NCBI GenBank assembly: GCA_963785725.1 | Contig: CAWAWS010000008.1 | Location: 1-64,000, forward strand | Direction of reading: 5' to 3' | DNA: 64,000 nt | DNA from: an uncultured delta proteobacterium | GTDB lineage: Bacteria > Myxococcota_A > Polyangia > Palsa-1104 | Shown here: positions 9,456 through 18,688 of the stretch, one piece after another | Layout: every line of letters starts with the position of its first letter | Numbering within the stretch: position 1 is the first letter of the stretch | Program-made: the position numbers and the translations under genes | Notes under the pieces: model-generated | What the model was told of the DNA's origin: nothing | Databases searched by the model: none | The model's input: the letters and a program-made list of their open reading frames with translations, nothing else

Positions 9456-10270
9456 TTCTGGACCTCGATGAGCGCCTGGTTCTCGAACACGACCTTGAGC
9501 GCGCGGCACAAGGTGTCGTAGTCGTAGTCGAGCCCCTTCAGTCGCTGCTCGAAGCGCGTCGCCGAGATCTTGTAGAAGGCCGAGAAGACGACGCCGTAGA
9601 GCGTGCACTTGAGCGCCAGCGCCAGCTGCGGCGCGATCGACTCGATGGTGACGGCGCCGCCGAGGCTGTCGAACATGCTGATGAGGCCGAGGACGGTGCC
9701 CATGAGGCCGAACAGCGGCATGGCGCCGGCCACGAAGTCGAGGTGCGCGCCCGAGTGATCGTAGAGCTCGTGGCACTCGACGTAGTACGAGTAGACGACG
9801 TACTCGGCGTAGTCGAAGCTCTTGCCGCGCTCCTGCATGGTGACGAGGTCGCGCACGAGCGGGTTGTCGGGCAAGGGCACGCGCGCGCCCTTGTCGACGG
9901 GACCGACGCGCATCTCGCCGTCGCGATCGCGGCGCATGGTGAGCCGCTCCTCGAGCGCCGCCAGCGTCTGCTGCAGCTGCGCCGCCTTCGGCGTCAGGTG
10001 TCGCGACGAGAAGAAGACCGTCATCGTCGACAGCATCTGCTTGCCGATCTCGGCGCCGGTCGCATAGACGAGCAGCGCCAGCGACACCAGCATGAGCGCG
10101 ACGAAGAAGTTCTCGGTGACGAAGAAGACCGCCGCCACCGCCAGGATCGCGCCCATGCCGACGAGGCCGACGACGCCGGCGCCGGCCGCCTTCTTGCTGA
10201 CGGCGAGCGTCGACTTGTTGATGACCTCGAAGAAGCCGGACGGGCTGTTGCTCTGTCGTGGGTCGCTCAT
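9452..10270 (-). CDS. motA: MotA/TolQ/ExbB proton-channel family protein with MotA-like 4-TM topology
   Basis: Two N-terminal TMs, a cytoplasmic domain, then AMPLFGLMGTVLGLISM and ALALKCTLYGV; directly upstream of the motB-like gene. Confidence 0.85.
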   Translation of the reverse strand: MSDPRQSNSPSGFFEVINKSTLAVSKKAAGAGVVGLVGMGAILAVAAVFFVTENFFVALMLVSLALLVYATGAEIGKQMLSTMTVFFSSRHLTPKAAQLQQTLAALEERLTMRRDRDGEMRVGPVDKGARVPLPDNPLVRDLVTMQERGKSFDYAEYVVYSYYVECHELYDHSGAHLDFVAGAMPLFGLMGTVLGLISMFDSLGGAVTIESIAPQLALALKCTLYGVVFSAFYKISATRFEQRLKGLDYDYDTLCRALKVVFENQALIEVQK

Positions 10271-12534
10271 CGGATGCCGCTCCTTGCCGCCGGCGCGGAA
10301 GCCCGCATGCGCTCGACGTAGATGGGGTGATAGTCGAAGGCGTCGCGCACGGCGACGTAGAGCGCGCCGCCGGCGACGACCGCCAAGACGAGCGCCACGG
10401 CCGTGCCGAGCGCGCGATCGGCGCGCCGCGCCAACGGCGCGTGGAAGAGCCGCGACAGCCACAAGAGGCGATTGCGCGGCGTCGCCGCCAACAGCTGCCG
10501 CTCGACGGTGGGGATGGCCTGGCGATCCATGTGCTCGAGCAGCTCCTTCGACGTCTGGATGAGCTCGGGCGCGTTGGCGCGCGTCGTCAGCGACGGCTCG
10601 GCGCCGCCGCGCAGGAACGCGAGGTACTGAATGAGCGGGTGCAGGCCCTGGTTGAGCGCCGCCTCGGCGTCGGCCACGCGCGCCGCCGGGCCCGACAGAA
10701 AGCGGTCGTAGACGTCGACGGTGGCGGCGACGAGCCAGCGGCGCAGGCGCGACGCCTTGCGTCCCGTGAGCGCGAACCCGAGCCGCAGCGTCGTCAGAAA
10801 CGTGTCGCGGCTGCGGAAGCGGCCGAGCTCGCGCAAGAGCGCGGCGAACAAGAAGTCCTTCTGCGTCGGGTCGCTGTCGTCGATCTCGTCGTCGTCGACG
10901 TCGCGGGTAAAGGCGGCGTAGTGCTCGGTCAAGAGCTGGCGCACGATCTCGAAGTCTTCGTTGCCGTCGGCGATGAGCGGCACGCCGTCGCTGGCCGGCT
11001 GCGGCATGACCCAGCCGAGCAAGGTCGCATTCTCGCCGAGGACGCGTGGCGCCGCGGCGCGCGGCCGCGCCGGCGCCACCGTCAGCTCGTGGCGGCGCTG
11101 CTCGGCCGAGCGCTCGTGCAAGGTGGCGTCGCGCCCGCGCTTGCGCCGGTCGTCGACGGCCGGCTGGATGAAGCCGAAGGGCAGCTCTTCCTGATTGACG
11201 GTGCGCTCGGGCAGCTCGGTCTCGTCGGGCAGCTGGCCGAGCGCGGCGTCACGCACCAGCTCGCCGACGAGGATGCGCGGGCGCGCGAAGCCGCCGCCGT
11301 AGCTGACGACGCCGGGCAGCGCGCTCGGCAGAAACAGCGTGCGCTCGAACAGGGTCGGGTCGATGTCGACGCCGTTGCGGCGGATGTAGCCGCGGAAGTA
11401 GCGCTTGATGGTCGCATGCCAGGGATTGCGCGCCGTCGCCGCACCGATGACGAGGTGGACGTCGAGGTAGGCCGCCACGTTGTCGACGAGCGTGAGCAGC
11501 CAGAAGTGGACGAAGAGCCCGACGGTGGGCAGCGCCAACATGAAGGTCGCGCGCCGCGGCAGGCCGAGCGCGTCGCAGGCGACGAGCGCGAGCCAGAACA
11601 GCGGCAGGTAGGCGACGAGCAGGCAGGCGCGCAAGAACGCGAGGATGAGCCACGACTGCAGCAGCGGCCAGATCGCGTCGTGGCGCGCCTGACCGAGGCC
11701 ATGGATCGGCGACAGGATCCAGCTGACGTGAATGAGCGCGAACGCGCCCCAGATCATGCCGGCGGCGATGGCGACGGCGAGCTCGCCGGTCGCGCCGGCG
11801 TCGGCGACGGCGGCGACGGCCCGCGCCGGCAGATCCGTCGTCACGACGGCGACGGCGACGAGGCCGAGTGCGGCGATGAGCGCGCCCGACCACTTCCACG
11901 ACGCCGGCCGGCCGCGCCGCGCCAGCTCGCGCGCGCTGACGAGCAGGCGCGTCCACAAGGGCGGCAGCGCCACGAGCAGCATGAGCGCCACGAGCAGCGT
12001 CGCCAACAGCCGCGGATGGCCGGCCGGCGCCGTCGCCGTGACGGCTGCGGGCGCCGCTGGCGCGCCGCGCTGCGGCCGCTCGTCGACGAGGCCGCCGCGC
12101 TGCACGATCGGCCGCGCCAGCTCGCCGATGTGCCGTCGCAGCGTGGCCGCGTCGACGTGCGCCACGGCCAGGCTGCCGTCGAAGGCGCGGCCGCGCATCC
12201 AGGTGGCGTAGACGTCGTAATCGAGGAGCCCCTGGCGCAGGCTGCCGAGCACGACGATGTCGACGCCGGCGTCGCGGTAGCGATCGACGAGGCAGCGCGG
12301 GTCGCGGCCGGGACAGGCGCGCGCGTCGAGCTTGTCGGCGAGCGTGACCGAATGGAAGCGCGACAGCTCGCGCGCGATGGTCTGCTCGAGCGCGGCGGCG
12401 AACCAGCCGTCGCCGGCCGACGGCGCCACGTCGACCACCACCGCGACGGCGGACGGCGCGGCCGCGGCGCGGCCGGCAGCCACGACCCCGACGACGAGAG
12501 CTACGACAGCGGCGCGCACGATCGGATCACACAA
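10267..12534 (-). CDS. Large polytopic membrane protein with an N-terminal periplasmic domain and a degenerate M48/M56 peptidase-like domain
   Basis: Signal peptide (likely GTG at 12519), CPGRDPRC-containing domain, about 5-6 TMs, then SYGGGFARPRILV...LFAALLRELGR...ARVADAEAA...TPRNRLLWL, and a C-terminal TM. Confidence 0.7.
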   Translation of the reverse strand: MCDPIVRAAVVALVVGVVAAGRAAAAPSAVAVVVDVAPSAGDGWFAAALEQTIARELSRFHSVTLADKLDARACPGRDPRCLVDRYRDAGVDIVVLGSLRQGLLDYDVYATWMRGRAFDGSLAVAHVDAATLRRHIGELARPIVQRGGLVDERPQRGAPAAPAAVTATAPAGHPRLLATLLVALMLLVALPPLWTRLLVSARELARRGRPASWKWSGALIAALGLVAVAVVTTDLPARAVAAVADAGATGELAVAIAAGMIWGAFALIHVSWILSPIHGLGQARHDAIWPLLQSWLILAFLRACLLVAYLPLFWLALVACDALGLPRRATFMLALPTVGLFVHFWLLTLVDNVAAYLDVHLVIGAATARNPWHATIKRYFRGYIRRNGVDIDPTLFERTLFLPSALPGVVSYGGGFARPRILVGELVRDAALGQLPDETELPERTVNQEELPFGFIQPAVDDRRKRGRDATLHERSAEQRRHELTVAPARPRAAAPRVLGENATLLGWVMPQPASDGVPLIADGNEDFEIVRQLLTEHYAAFTRDVDDDEIDDSDPTQKDFLFAALLRELGRFRSRDTFLTTLRLGFALTGRKASRLRRWLVAATVDVYDRFLSGPAARVADAEAALNQGLHPLIQYLAFLRGGAEPSLTTRANAPELIQTSKELLEHMDRQAIPTVERQLLAATPRNRLLWLSRLFHAPLARRADRALGTAVALVLAVVAGGALYVAVRDAFDYHPIYVERMRASAPAARSGIR

Positions 12535-12765
12535 GGCTTCCCGCGGTCATCATATCAGCTCCGGCTCCGGGAATGACGGCGCTGTCGTGCGTGAGTGCGC
12601 TGACGATCCGGCCGTGGCCTAATCGGGCCGCGCCGGCGCGCCGGCGCTGAATGCGGGCAGGTGCGCAGCCTCGCGGCCACGGTCGTGCCGGCCACGAGCG
12701 CGAGTGACTTGCGCACTCGTCAGTCGGCGGCGATCGGCGTATACCCGCTGTCGGCGACGACCGCC

Positions 12766-13986
12766 ATGCGAGCCCTCATGCGAGCGAGACTTCTCATTCT
12801 GGCGCTGGCGCTTCCTGTCGGCTGTGGCGACGACGGCCTGGACAGCGGTCCGGTCGCGACCACCGATCTGGCCGTCGACGCGGCCGCGCGCGATCTCCTC
12901 GCGCCCGCGACCGGCACGCCCGACCTCGCCGTGCCCGCCGACCTCACCGCCGGCCCGCTCGATCTGGCCGCAGCCGACCTGGCTGCCGGCGCGACCAAGA
13001 GCGACCTCGCCACCGTCGATCTGGCGACGCCGCCGGATCTGCGCCCGCCGGCCGATCTGGCGCCGCCCGGCAATCTCAACTGCCCGGTGGGCGTGCGCCC
13101 ATACATGCGAGAGTTCGTCGTCAACCGCTTCCTCGTGCCGTCGCAGAAGACCGACTACGGCATCGATCTCGACGGCGACGGCCGCAGCGACAACCAGCTC
13201 GGCGCGCTCGAGTCCGTCTTCGCCGACGAGAACCTCTTCGACGATCAAGCGACCAGCGACAGCTACGTCGCCCAGGGCGAATCGCTGATGCTGCTCGCGG
13301 TCGACTCGTTCGACCCGAATCTCAGTAATGATTCGTGCGCGCAGGTTCGCGTCTATTCCGGCACGCCACAGGGCGGCGGCGCACCCGACTTCAGCGGCAA
13401 CGGCAGCTTCGTCGCCCAAGCGGGCCCGCTCGGCACCTTGGCCGGCGGGCTCTACGCCGGCACCTTCATTGCGTACAGCCCGCTCGTGCTCGCGACGCCG
13501 GTGACGCTGCCGATTACGCTCATCGTCGGCGATGCGCCGCTGGCGTTGACGATGACCGCCGCCTTCATCCGGATCGAGCCGCCCGGCAACGGCCTGCAGA
13601 CGAGCGGGCTCGACGGCGCCCTGCGCGAGACCGAGGTTCAGCTGCAGATGGTGCCGAGCCTGGCGGAATATTGGACGCACGAGCTGTCGGATGTCCCGTT
13701 GACCGCGCACGATCAGCAGCTGGCCCAGATCTTCGACACGGGTGGCTCGCCCAGCCCGGCCTGCGCCGGGCTCGGCTGCCAGAATCCCGACGGCAGCTGC
13801 GCCAAAGCCAACGACAAGCTCGTCGACACCTGCGAGGTCTCCACCAGCTCGTTGATCTTGCAGCTCTTGCAGCCCGACATCCAGCTCTTCGCCGCCGATG
13901 GCAGCTATCATCCGACGCCCAACGGCACGGCACGCGACAGCTGGTCGCTCGGCCTCGGCTTCACGGTCGTCGGCGCCCAGTTCTGA
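12766..13986 (+). CDS. Myxobacterial lipoprotein with a D-L-A repeat linker and Cys-containing C-terminal domain
   Basis: Lipobox LPVGC; about 11 xDL repeats; DLDGDGRSDN EF-hand-like Ca loop. Confidence 0.75.
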   Translation: MRALMRARLLILALALPVGCGDDGLDSGPVATTDLAVDAAARDLLAPATGTPDLAVPADLTAGPLDLAAADLAAGATKSDLATVDLATPPDLRPPADLAPPGNLNCPVGVRPYMREFVVNRFLVPSQKTDYGIDLDGDGRSDNQLGALESVFADENLFDDQATSDSYVAQGESLMLLAVDSFDPNLSNDSCAQVRVYSGTPQGGGAPDFSGNGSFVAQAGPLGTLAGGLYAGTFIAYSPLVLATPVTLPITLIVGDAPLALTMTAAFIRIEPPGNGLQTSGLDGALRETEVQLQMVPSLAEYWTHELSDVPLTAHDQQLAQIFDTGGSPSPACAGLGCQNPDGSCAKANDKLVDTCEVSTSSLILQLLQPDIQLFAADGSYHPTPNGTARDSWSLGLGFTVVGAQF

Positions 13987-14088
13987 AGCGCGGCGCCGCG
14001 GCTCACGGCCGCAGCGCTGACGTTACCGTCGCTGGGTTGCGACGCGGCGCTGGTCGAGCCGTGGTCGCAGTAGCTGCCGCGGCCGACG

Positions 14089-14652
14089 ATGGGCTACGAT
14101 GGGTGGGTGCAGGTGAAGGGCAACAGCTTTCGTGGCTTCATCGCGGCGCTGCGTCGCTTGCATGGGGAGGCGACGGTCGACAAGGTGATCGCGCTCCTGC
14201 CGGCCGAGCTCGGGCGTCGCCTGCAGCGCGACAACATCGTCACCGGACATTGGTATCCGCTCGATGAGCTGTCCCGCGTCCAGCAGGCGATGATGCGCGC
14301 CGTCGGACGCGGACCGGACGTCATCCGCGAGGTCGCGCGCGAATCGACGCTCGAGGACTTTCGCGGCCTCTATCAAGTCCTGACGTTCATCCTGACGCCG
14401 CAGTTCATCATCAAACGCACGCCCGGCATCTGGAAGCGCTACTACGATGGCGGCGTCGTCAGCGTCACCGCACAGGAGGGCGCCGGCGAAGCGAGCTTCA
14501 GCGCCTGCACGGGCTTCGACGAGCCCATGTGGCAAGGCGTCATCGGCGGCACCAGCGGCGTGCTCGAGGCCTGCGGCGCCAAGGGGCTCGAGATCAAGAT
14601 CATCGGCGGCGGCATCGGCGACCACATGACGATCAAGGCAACGTGGCGCTGA
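14089..14652 (+). CDS. DUF2378/TIGR02265-like myxobacterial protein (V4R/H-NOX-like fold)
   Basis: VKGNSFRGFIAAL...WYPLDEL...PGIWKRYYDGG...GVLEACG...ATWR pattern; start may be GTG at 14107. Confidence 0.6.
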   Translation: MGYDGWVQVKGNSFRGFIAALRRLHGEATVDKVIALLPAELGRRLQRDNIVTGHWYPLDELSRVQQAMMRAVGRGPDVIREVARESTLEDFRGLYQVLTFILTPQFIIKRTPGIWKRYYDGGVVSVTAQEGAGEASFSACTGFDEPMWQGVIGGTSGVLEACGAKGLEIKIIGGGIGDHMTIKATWR

Positions 14653-14743
14653 CGAACGCGCGCAGCCGCTCCGCGCTTTCGTAGGCCCGCCGCGACGGAC
14701 GGCGGTCGGTCAGCGGTGCCGCTGTGATTCGCCGTTCGCTGCC

Positions 14744-17700
14744 TCAGGACGCCGGGCGTGCCGGCGCGGTGGTGCCGCCGCCGCGCAGCTGCTCGACCTT
14801 GGCTCGCGCGCCCCAGCGCTCGTAGGCGGCGATGGCGTCGCGCCGGCAGTCGGCCGCGGTGTGCGGCTCGCCTTGCGCCGTGGCGTGGCGCGCGGCCAGC
14901 TCCAGCGCCAGCGCCTCGACGTCGACGGCGCCGCTGCGTCGCGCCACGAGGACCGCGGCCTGATAGCCGGCGGCGGCGGCGACGGCGCGGCCGGCCACAC
15001 GCGCCGCCTCGGCCTGCGCCAGCCGATGGCGCGCCGCGAAGTTCTCCGGGCACTCGGCCGCCCAGCGCCGCAGCTGCGCCACGCCGTCGGTCAGCCAGCG
15101 CTGCAGCCGCCGGCGCTCGTTGGTCGCGCCGTCGGTCAGGCGCTGCGCGGCGATGAGCACGCGGAAGAACGTGCGCTTGACCTGCGCCAGGCTGGCGAAC
15201 ACCGAGCGCTCGCGCCGATCGGCCTCCAGCATGTTGCGATAGGCCGCCGCGTAGTCGCCGAAGTAATAGCCGATGATCGCCTTGCCGCCGAAGTAGGTGG
15301 CCAGCGCCAGCGGCGTGTGCTCGTCGCTGAGCGAGGCGCGCAGCTCGGCTTCGGAGCGATCGGGCAACCTGAACGAGCGCGTCGCCGGACCGAGCGGCTG
15401 GCGCAGCGACTCGTAGAGGCCGAGCCGCAAGGCGTTGGCGGCGCTGAGATCGACGTCGCGCTCCTGTCGCGCCAGCTCGGCGGCGGTGCGCGCGACCTGC
15501 AAGAGCTCGTCGAGGTTCGGCGCGCTGAGCTCGAGCATCATGGCCAAGTTGCCGAGCACGAACAGGCGATAGGTGCGATCGCCGAGCCGCACGCTGGCGT
15601 CGTAGGCGCGGCGCAGCCTGAGCTCGGCCTGCGCGAACGGCCGCACCCACGGGATCAAGAAGGCGCCGCTCATGTAGAGCACCTTGGCCTCGAGGTCGCC
15701 GCCGCCGAAGCGCTCGTTGAGCTGGATGGCCAGCTCGCCCAGCTCGAAGCCCATGCGATAGCGCTGAAAGCCGCCGGTCATGACCATGCCGTAGCCGACG
15801 AAGCCATAAGCCGATTCCGCCGCCATGCCGTGCTCGAGCGACAGGCTGGCTACCTTGAGCAGCACGAAGGACAACAGCGTGCGATCGACCATGTACGCGG
15901 CCGGCGCCAGCGCCGTCAGAAGCTGCATGGCGCAGCGCGTGCGCGGATCGTTCGAGATGGGCAGCTCGGCCAGCTCGGCCAGCGTGCGCCGGCCTTGGCG
16001 CAGGCGGAGCAGCGCCAGCTCCTTGACGATCGACAGCTTGCCCGGCGCCGCCGGCAGCGCGACGCCGAGCGCCTGCAGGCCGGCGCGCGCCGAGTCGATG
16101 GCGTCGCGGAATTCGCCGCGCAGCCGCTGGACGGTCATGCGCAGCGCGTACAGCTCGGTGCGCTCGCCGTCGTCGCGGGCGCGGACGAGCGCGGTCGTAA
16201 AGGCGGCGTTGGCCGCATCGACTTGGCCCAAGAGGTAATAGAGCTCGATGCGCTCCTTGGCGAAGGCGAAGCGCAGATCGTCGGCGTCGGCGAGCGCGGC
16301 CAGCGTCGGCGCGCCGTCGGTGACGTGCTTGAGCGCGGCGGCGAAGGCGGTGGCCAGCTTGGCTTTGCGCGCCGCGCGCAGGATGAGCGCGAGCAGCTGG
16401 CGACGCTCGGCGGTCGAGTCGATCAGCGCGACGCCGCGCTGCAGGTGGCTGACGATGGTGAACAGCGCGTCGTCGAGCGCATCGGCGGGCGTGTCGGCCA
16501 AGAGGCTGCGTCCGATCGACAGGTGCAGCGCCAGCCGGCCCACGTCGCCGCGCTCGTGCGCGCCGGCGCGCTCCCGGTCGTCGCCGGCGCCGCGGCTGAC
16601 GATGGCCTCGCGCAGCCGGTCGTGATAGGGCTCGACCAGCCGCGCGTTGCCGCGTCGCGTGACGCGAATGAGGTGCGTGACGCGCAAGGCGCTCATGAGC
16701 TGCAGCGCGCCGCCGACGTCGAGCCCGGCGGCGCGCGCCAGGACCTGGAACTTGACCGGCGCGCCGGCGAGGGCCACGCACTCCATGAAGCGGCGCGCCG
16801 TCTCGTCGAGCTCGCTGACCCGCTGCCACAAGACCGCTTGCAAGCTCGAGGCGCCCGGCCGCTGGTCGCGGCTCGGCTGTCGTCGACTGCGCGCCAGCTC
16901 CGAGAGGAAGAGCGGATGGCCGGCGGCCTCGCTCAGCATGCGATCGACGTCGTCGAGGGCGAGCGGGCCGCCGTCGCCGTCGCGACCCAGGCGCGCCACG
17001 AGCGCCGCCGCCTCGTCACGCGACAGGCCGCCGAGTCGGATGTGGCGGCGCGACACGTCGCGGGCCGTGGGCGCGCTCACGCTCGCGGGATCGCCGGCGG
17101 GCGCGAGGCGACGCGTGGCCAACAGCATGCACGGCGGCCCGTCGGGCGCGAGCAGGTGCGCCAGCAGATCGAGGCTGTCCTGATCGGCCCACTGCAGGTC
17201 GTCGATGAAGAGGACGAGGTGCAGCCGCTCCGACAGCGCCGTCAAGAGCCGCGCCAGCTCTTGGAACGCGCGCTCACGCAGCGCCAGCGGGTTCTCTTGC
17301 GCGCCCAGCGGCTCTTGCGCGGCCACCGCCGGCACCAGCCGCAGCACGGGGAAGAGGGTCCCGAGGTGGCGCAGGTCGAAGCCCAAGAGCGGGAGCGCCT
17401 CGGTCTCGTCGAGCGCGTTGAGATAGGCGGCCAGCGCGTCGATGACGCTGTCGAAGGCCTTGAACGGCACCTCCTCCTGCTCGTAGCAGCGCCCGGCCAA
17501 GACCACCGCCGCCGGGTCGAGCGCCACGTGCCGCTCGAGGAAGCGGCGCACCAGCAGGCTCTTGCCCACGCCCGGCTCGCCCTCGACGATGACCAGCTCG
17601 CGCGTGCCCGCTTGCACGCGGCGATAGGCGTCGACCAGCTCGGCCAGCTCGGCGCCGCGACCGACGAACGTCGCCGACAGATTGCTCGACGTCTCGTCGG

Positions 17701-18622
17701 CGGTCGCGCTCGCGTCGTCGTCGGCCTCGAGCGCGCGCAGCACCGCGTCGCCGCGCGGCCGCTCGGCCGGCTCGCGCGCCAACAGCGCCTGGCACAGCGC
17801 ATCGAGATCGGGCGGCACGTCGCTGACGAGCGAATGCGGCGCCGGCGCCGGACGCGTGCGCTTGGCCTCGACCACGACCGGCGGCGGGCCGACGAACGGC
17901 AACGCGCCGGTGAGCGCCAGAAACAGCACGCAGCCGAAGGCGTACCAATCGGCCTCGGGCCCGACCTTGCGCTCGTCGATCTGCTCGGGCGCGATGAAGT
18001 TCGGCGTGCCGCACAAGGCGCCGGTGTCGACGCCCACCTTCTCCATCAGCCCGAAGTCGAGCAGCACCACATGGCCGTCGTCGCGCACCATGACGTTGGA
18101 CGGCTTGATGTCGCGGTGGACGCTGCCGGTGCGATGGAGCGCGTGGATCGCCTGCGCCAGCTGGCGGGCGGCGGCGCGCAGCCGCGCCTCGTCGTAGCCG
18201 CGGGCGTGGTCGCGCTCGGTCGCGGCCGGCCGCGCTGCCGCCGCGAACGATTCGGCCGGACCGTTGGGAATGACGACCGGCAAGGTCGGCCCTTCGTCGG
18301 GCAGCGGCACCGCCGGCAAGCGCACGTAGGTCAGAAAGTCGCAGCCGCGCACCAGCTCCATCGTGAAGAACCACTGATCGGCGTCGCAGTAGAGCTCACC
18401 GAAGTGGATGAGGTTGGGATGCTGGATGTCGGCCAGCTCGCGGAACTCGTGCTTGAGGCGAAAGAGCAGATCGGCGCTGAAGTCGCGCAGCGTCTTGATG
18501 GCGACGTGGGTGTCGGTCTCGCGATCGAGCGCCTCGTAGACGACGCCCATGCCGCCCGAGCCGAGCTTGCGGAGCAGCTCGTAGCGACCGGAGGCGAGCG
18601 ATTGCTTCATCATCGGCGCCAT
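14744..18622 (-). CDS. Ser/Thr kinase fused to an AAA (STAND-type) ATPase and TPR-like C-terminus
   Basis: LGSGGMGVVY, VAIK, HRDIKPSN, DFG, APE; Walker A GEPGVGKS; Walker B LFIDDLQWAD; GHPLFLSEL. Confidence 0.92.
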   Translation of the reverse strand: MAPMMKQSLASGRYELLRKLGSGGMGVVYEALDRETDTHVAIKTLRDFSADLLFRLKHEFRELADIQHPNLIHFGELYCDADQWFFTMELVRGCDFLTYVRLPAVPLPDEGPTLPVVIPNGPAESFAAAARPAATERDHARGYDEARLRAAARQLAQAIHALHRTGSVHRDIKPSNVMVRDDGHVVLLDFGLMEKVGVDTGALCGTPNFIAPEQIDERKVGPEADWYAFGCVLFLALTGALPFVGPPPVVVEAKRTRPAPAPHSLVSDVPPDLDALCQALLAREPAERPRGDAVLRALEADDDASATADETSSNLSATFVGRGAELAELVDAYRRVQAGTRELVIVEGEPGVGKSLLVRRFLERHVALDPAAVVLAGRCYEQEEVPFKAFDSVIDALAAYLNALDETEALPLLGFDLRHLGTLFPVLRLVPAVAAQEPLGAQENPLALRERAFQELARLLTALSERLHLVLFIDDLQWADQDSLDLLAHLLAPDGPPCMLLATRRLAPAGDPASVSAPTARDVSRRHIRLGGLSRDEAAALVARLGRDGDGGPLALDDVDRMLSEAAGHPLFLSELARSRRQPSRDQRPGASSLQAVLWQRVSELDETARRFMECVALAGAPVKFQVLARAAGLDVGGALQLMSALRVTHLIRVTRRGNARLVEPYHDRLREAIVSRGAGDDRERAGAHERGDVGRLALHLSIGRSLLADTPADALDDALFTIVSHLQRGVALIDSTAERRQLLALILRAARKAKLATAFAAALKHVTDGAPTLAALADADDLRFAFAKERIELYYLLGQVDAANAAFTTALVRARDDGERTELYALRMTVQRLRGEFRDAIDSARAGLQALGVALPAAPGKLSIVKELALLRLRQGRRTLAELAELPISNDPRTRCAMQLLTALAPAAYMVDRTLLSFVLLKVASLSLEHGMAAESAYGFVGYGMVMTGGFQRYRMGFELGELAIQLNERFGGGDLEAKVLYMSGAFLIPWVRPFAQAELRLRRAYDASVRLGDRTYRLFVLGNLAMMLELSAPNLDELLQVARTAAELARQERDVDLSAANALRLGLYESLRQPLGPATRSFRLPDRSEAELRASLSDEHTPLALATYFGGKAIIGYYFGDYAAAYRNMLEADRRERSVFASLAQVKRTFFRVLIAAQRLTDGATNERRRLQRWLTDGVAQLRRWAAECPENFAARHRLAQAEAARVAGRAVAAAAGYQAAVLVARRSGAVDVEALALELAARHATAQGEPHTAADCRRDAIAAYERWGARAKVEQLRGGGTTAPARPAS

Positions 18623-18688
18623 CCCCCAGCGCGTGATCGCGGTCCACGCCGTGGGCTATTTTATCACTCGGTCGCCGGTGCGGTCTCG

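Noticed and set aside
8856..10270. Zorya (zorAB) or flagellar stator call
   Set aside because: No long ZorA tail, no ZorC/D/E-like nuclease or helicase, and no flagellar genes in the window; kept as an unassigned MotAB-like pair
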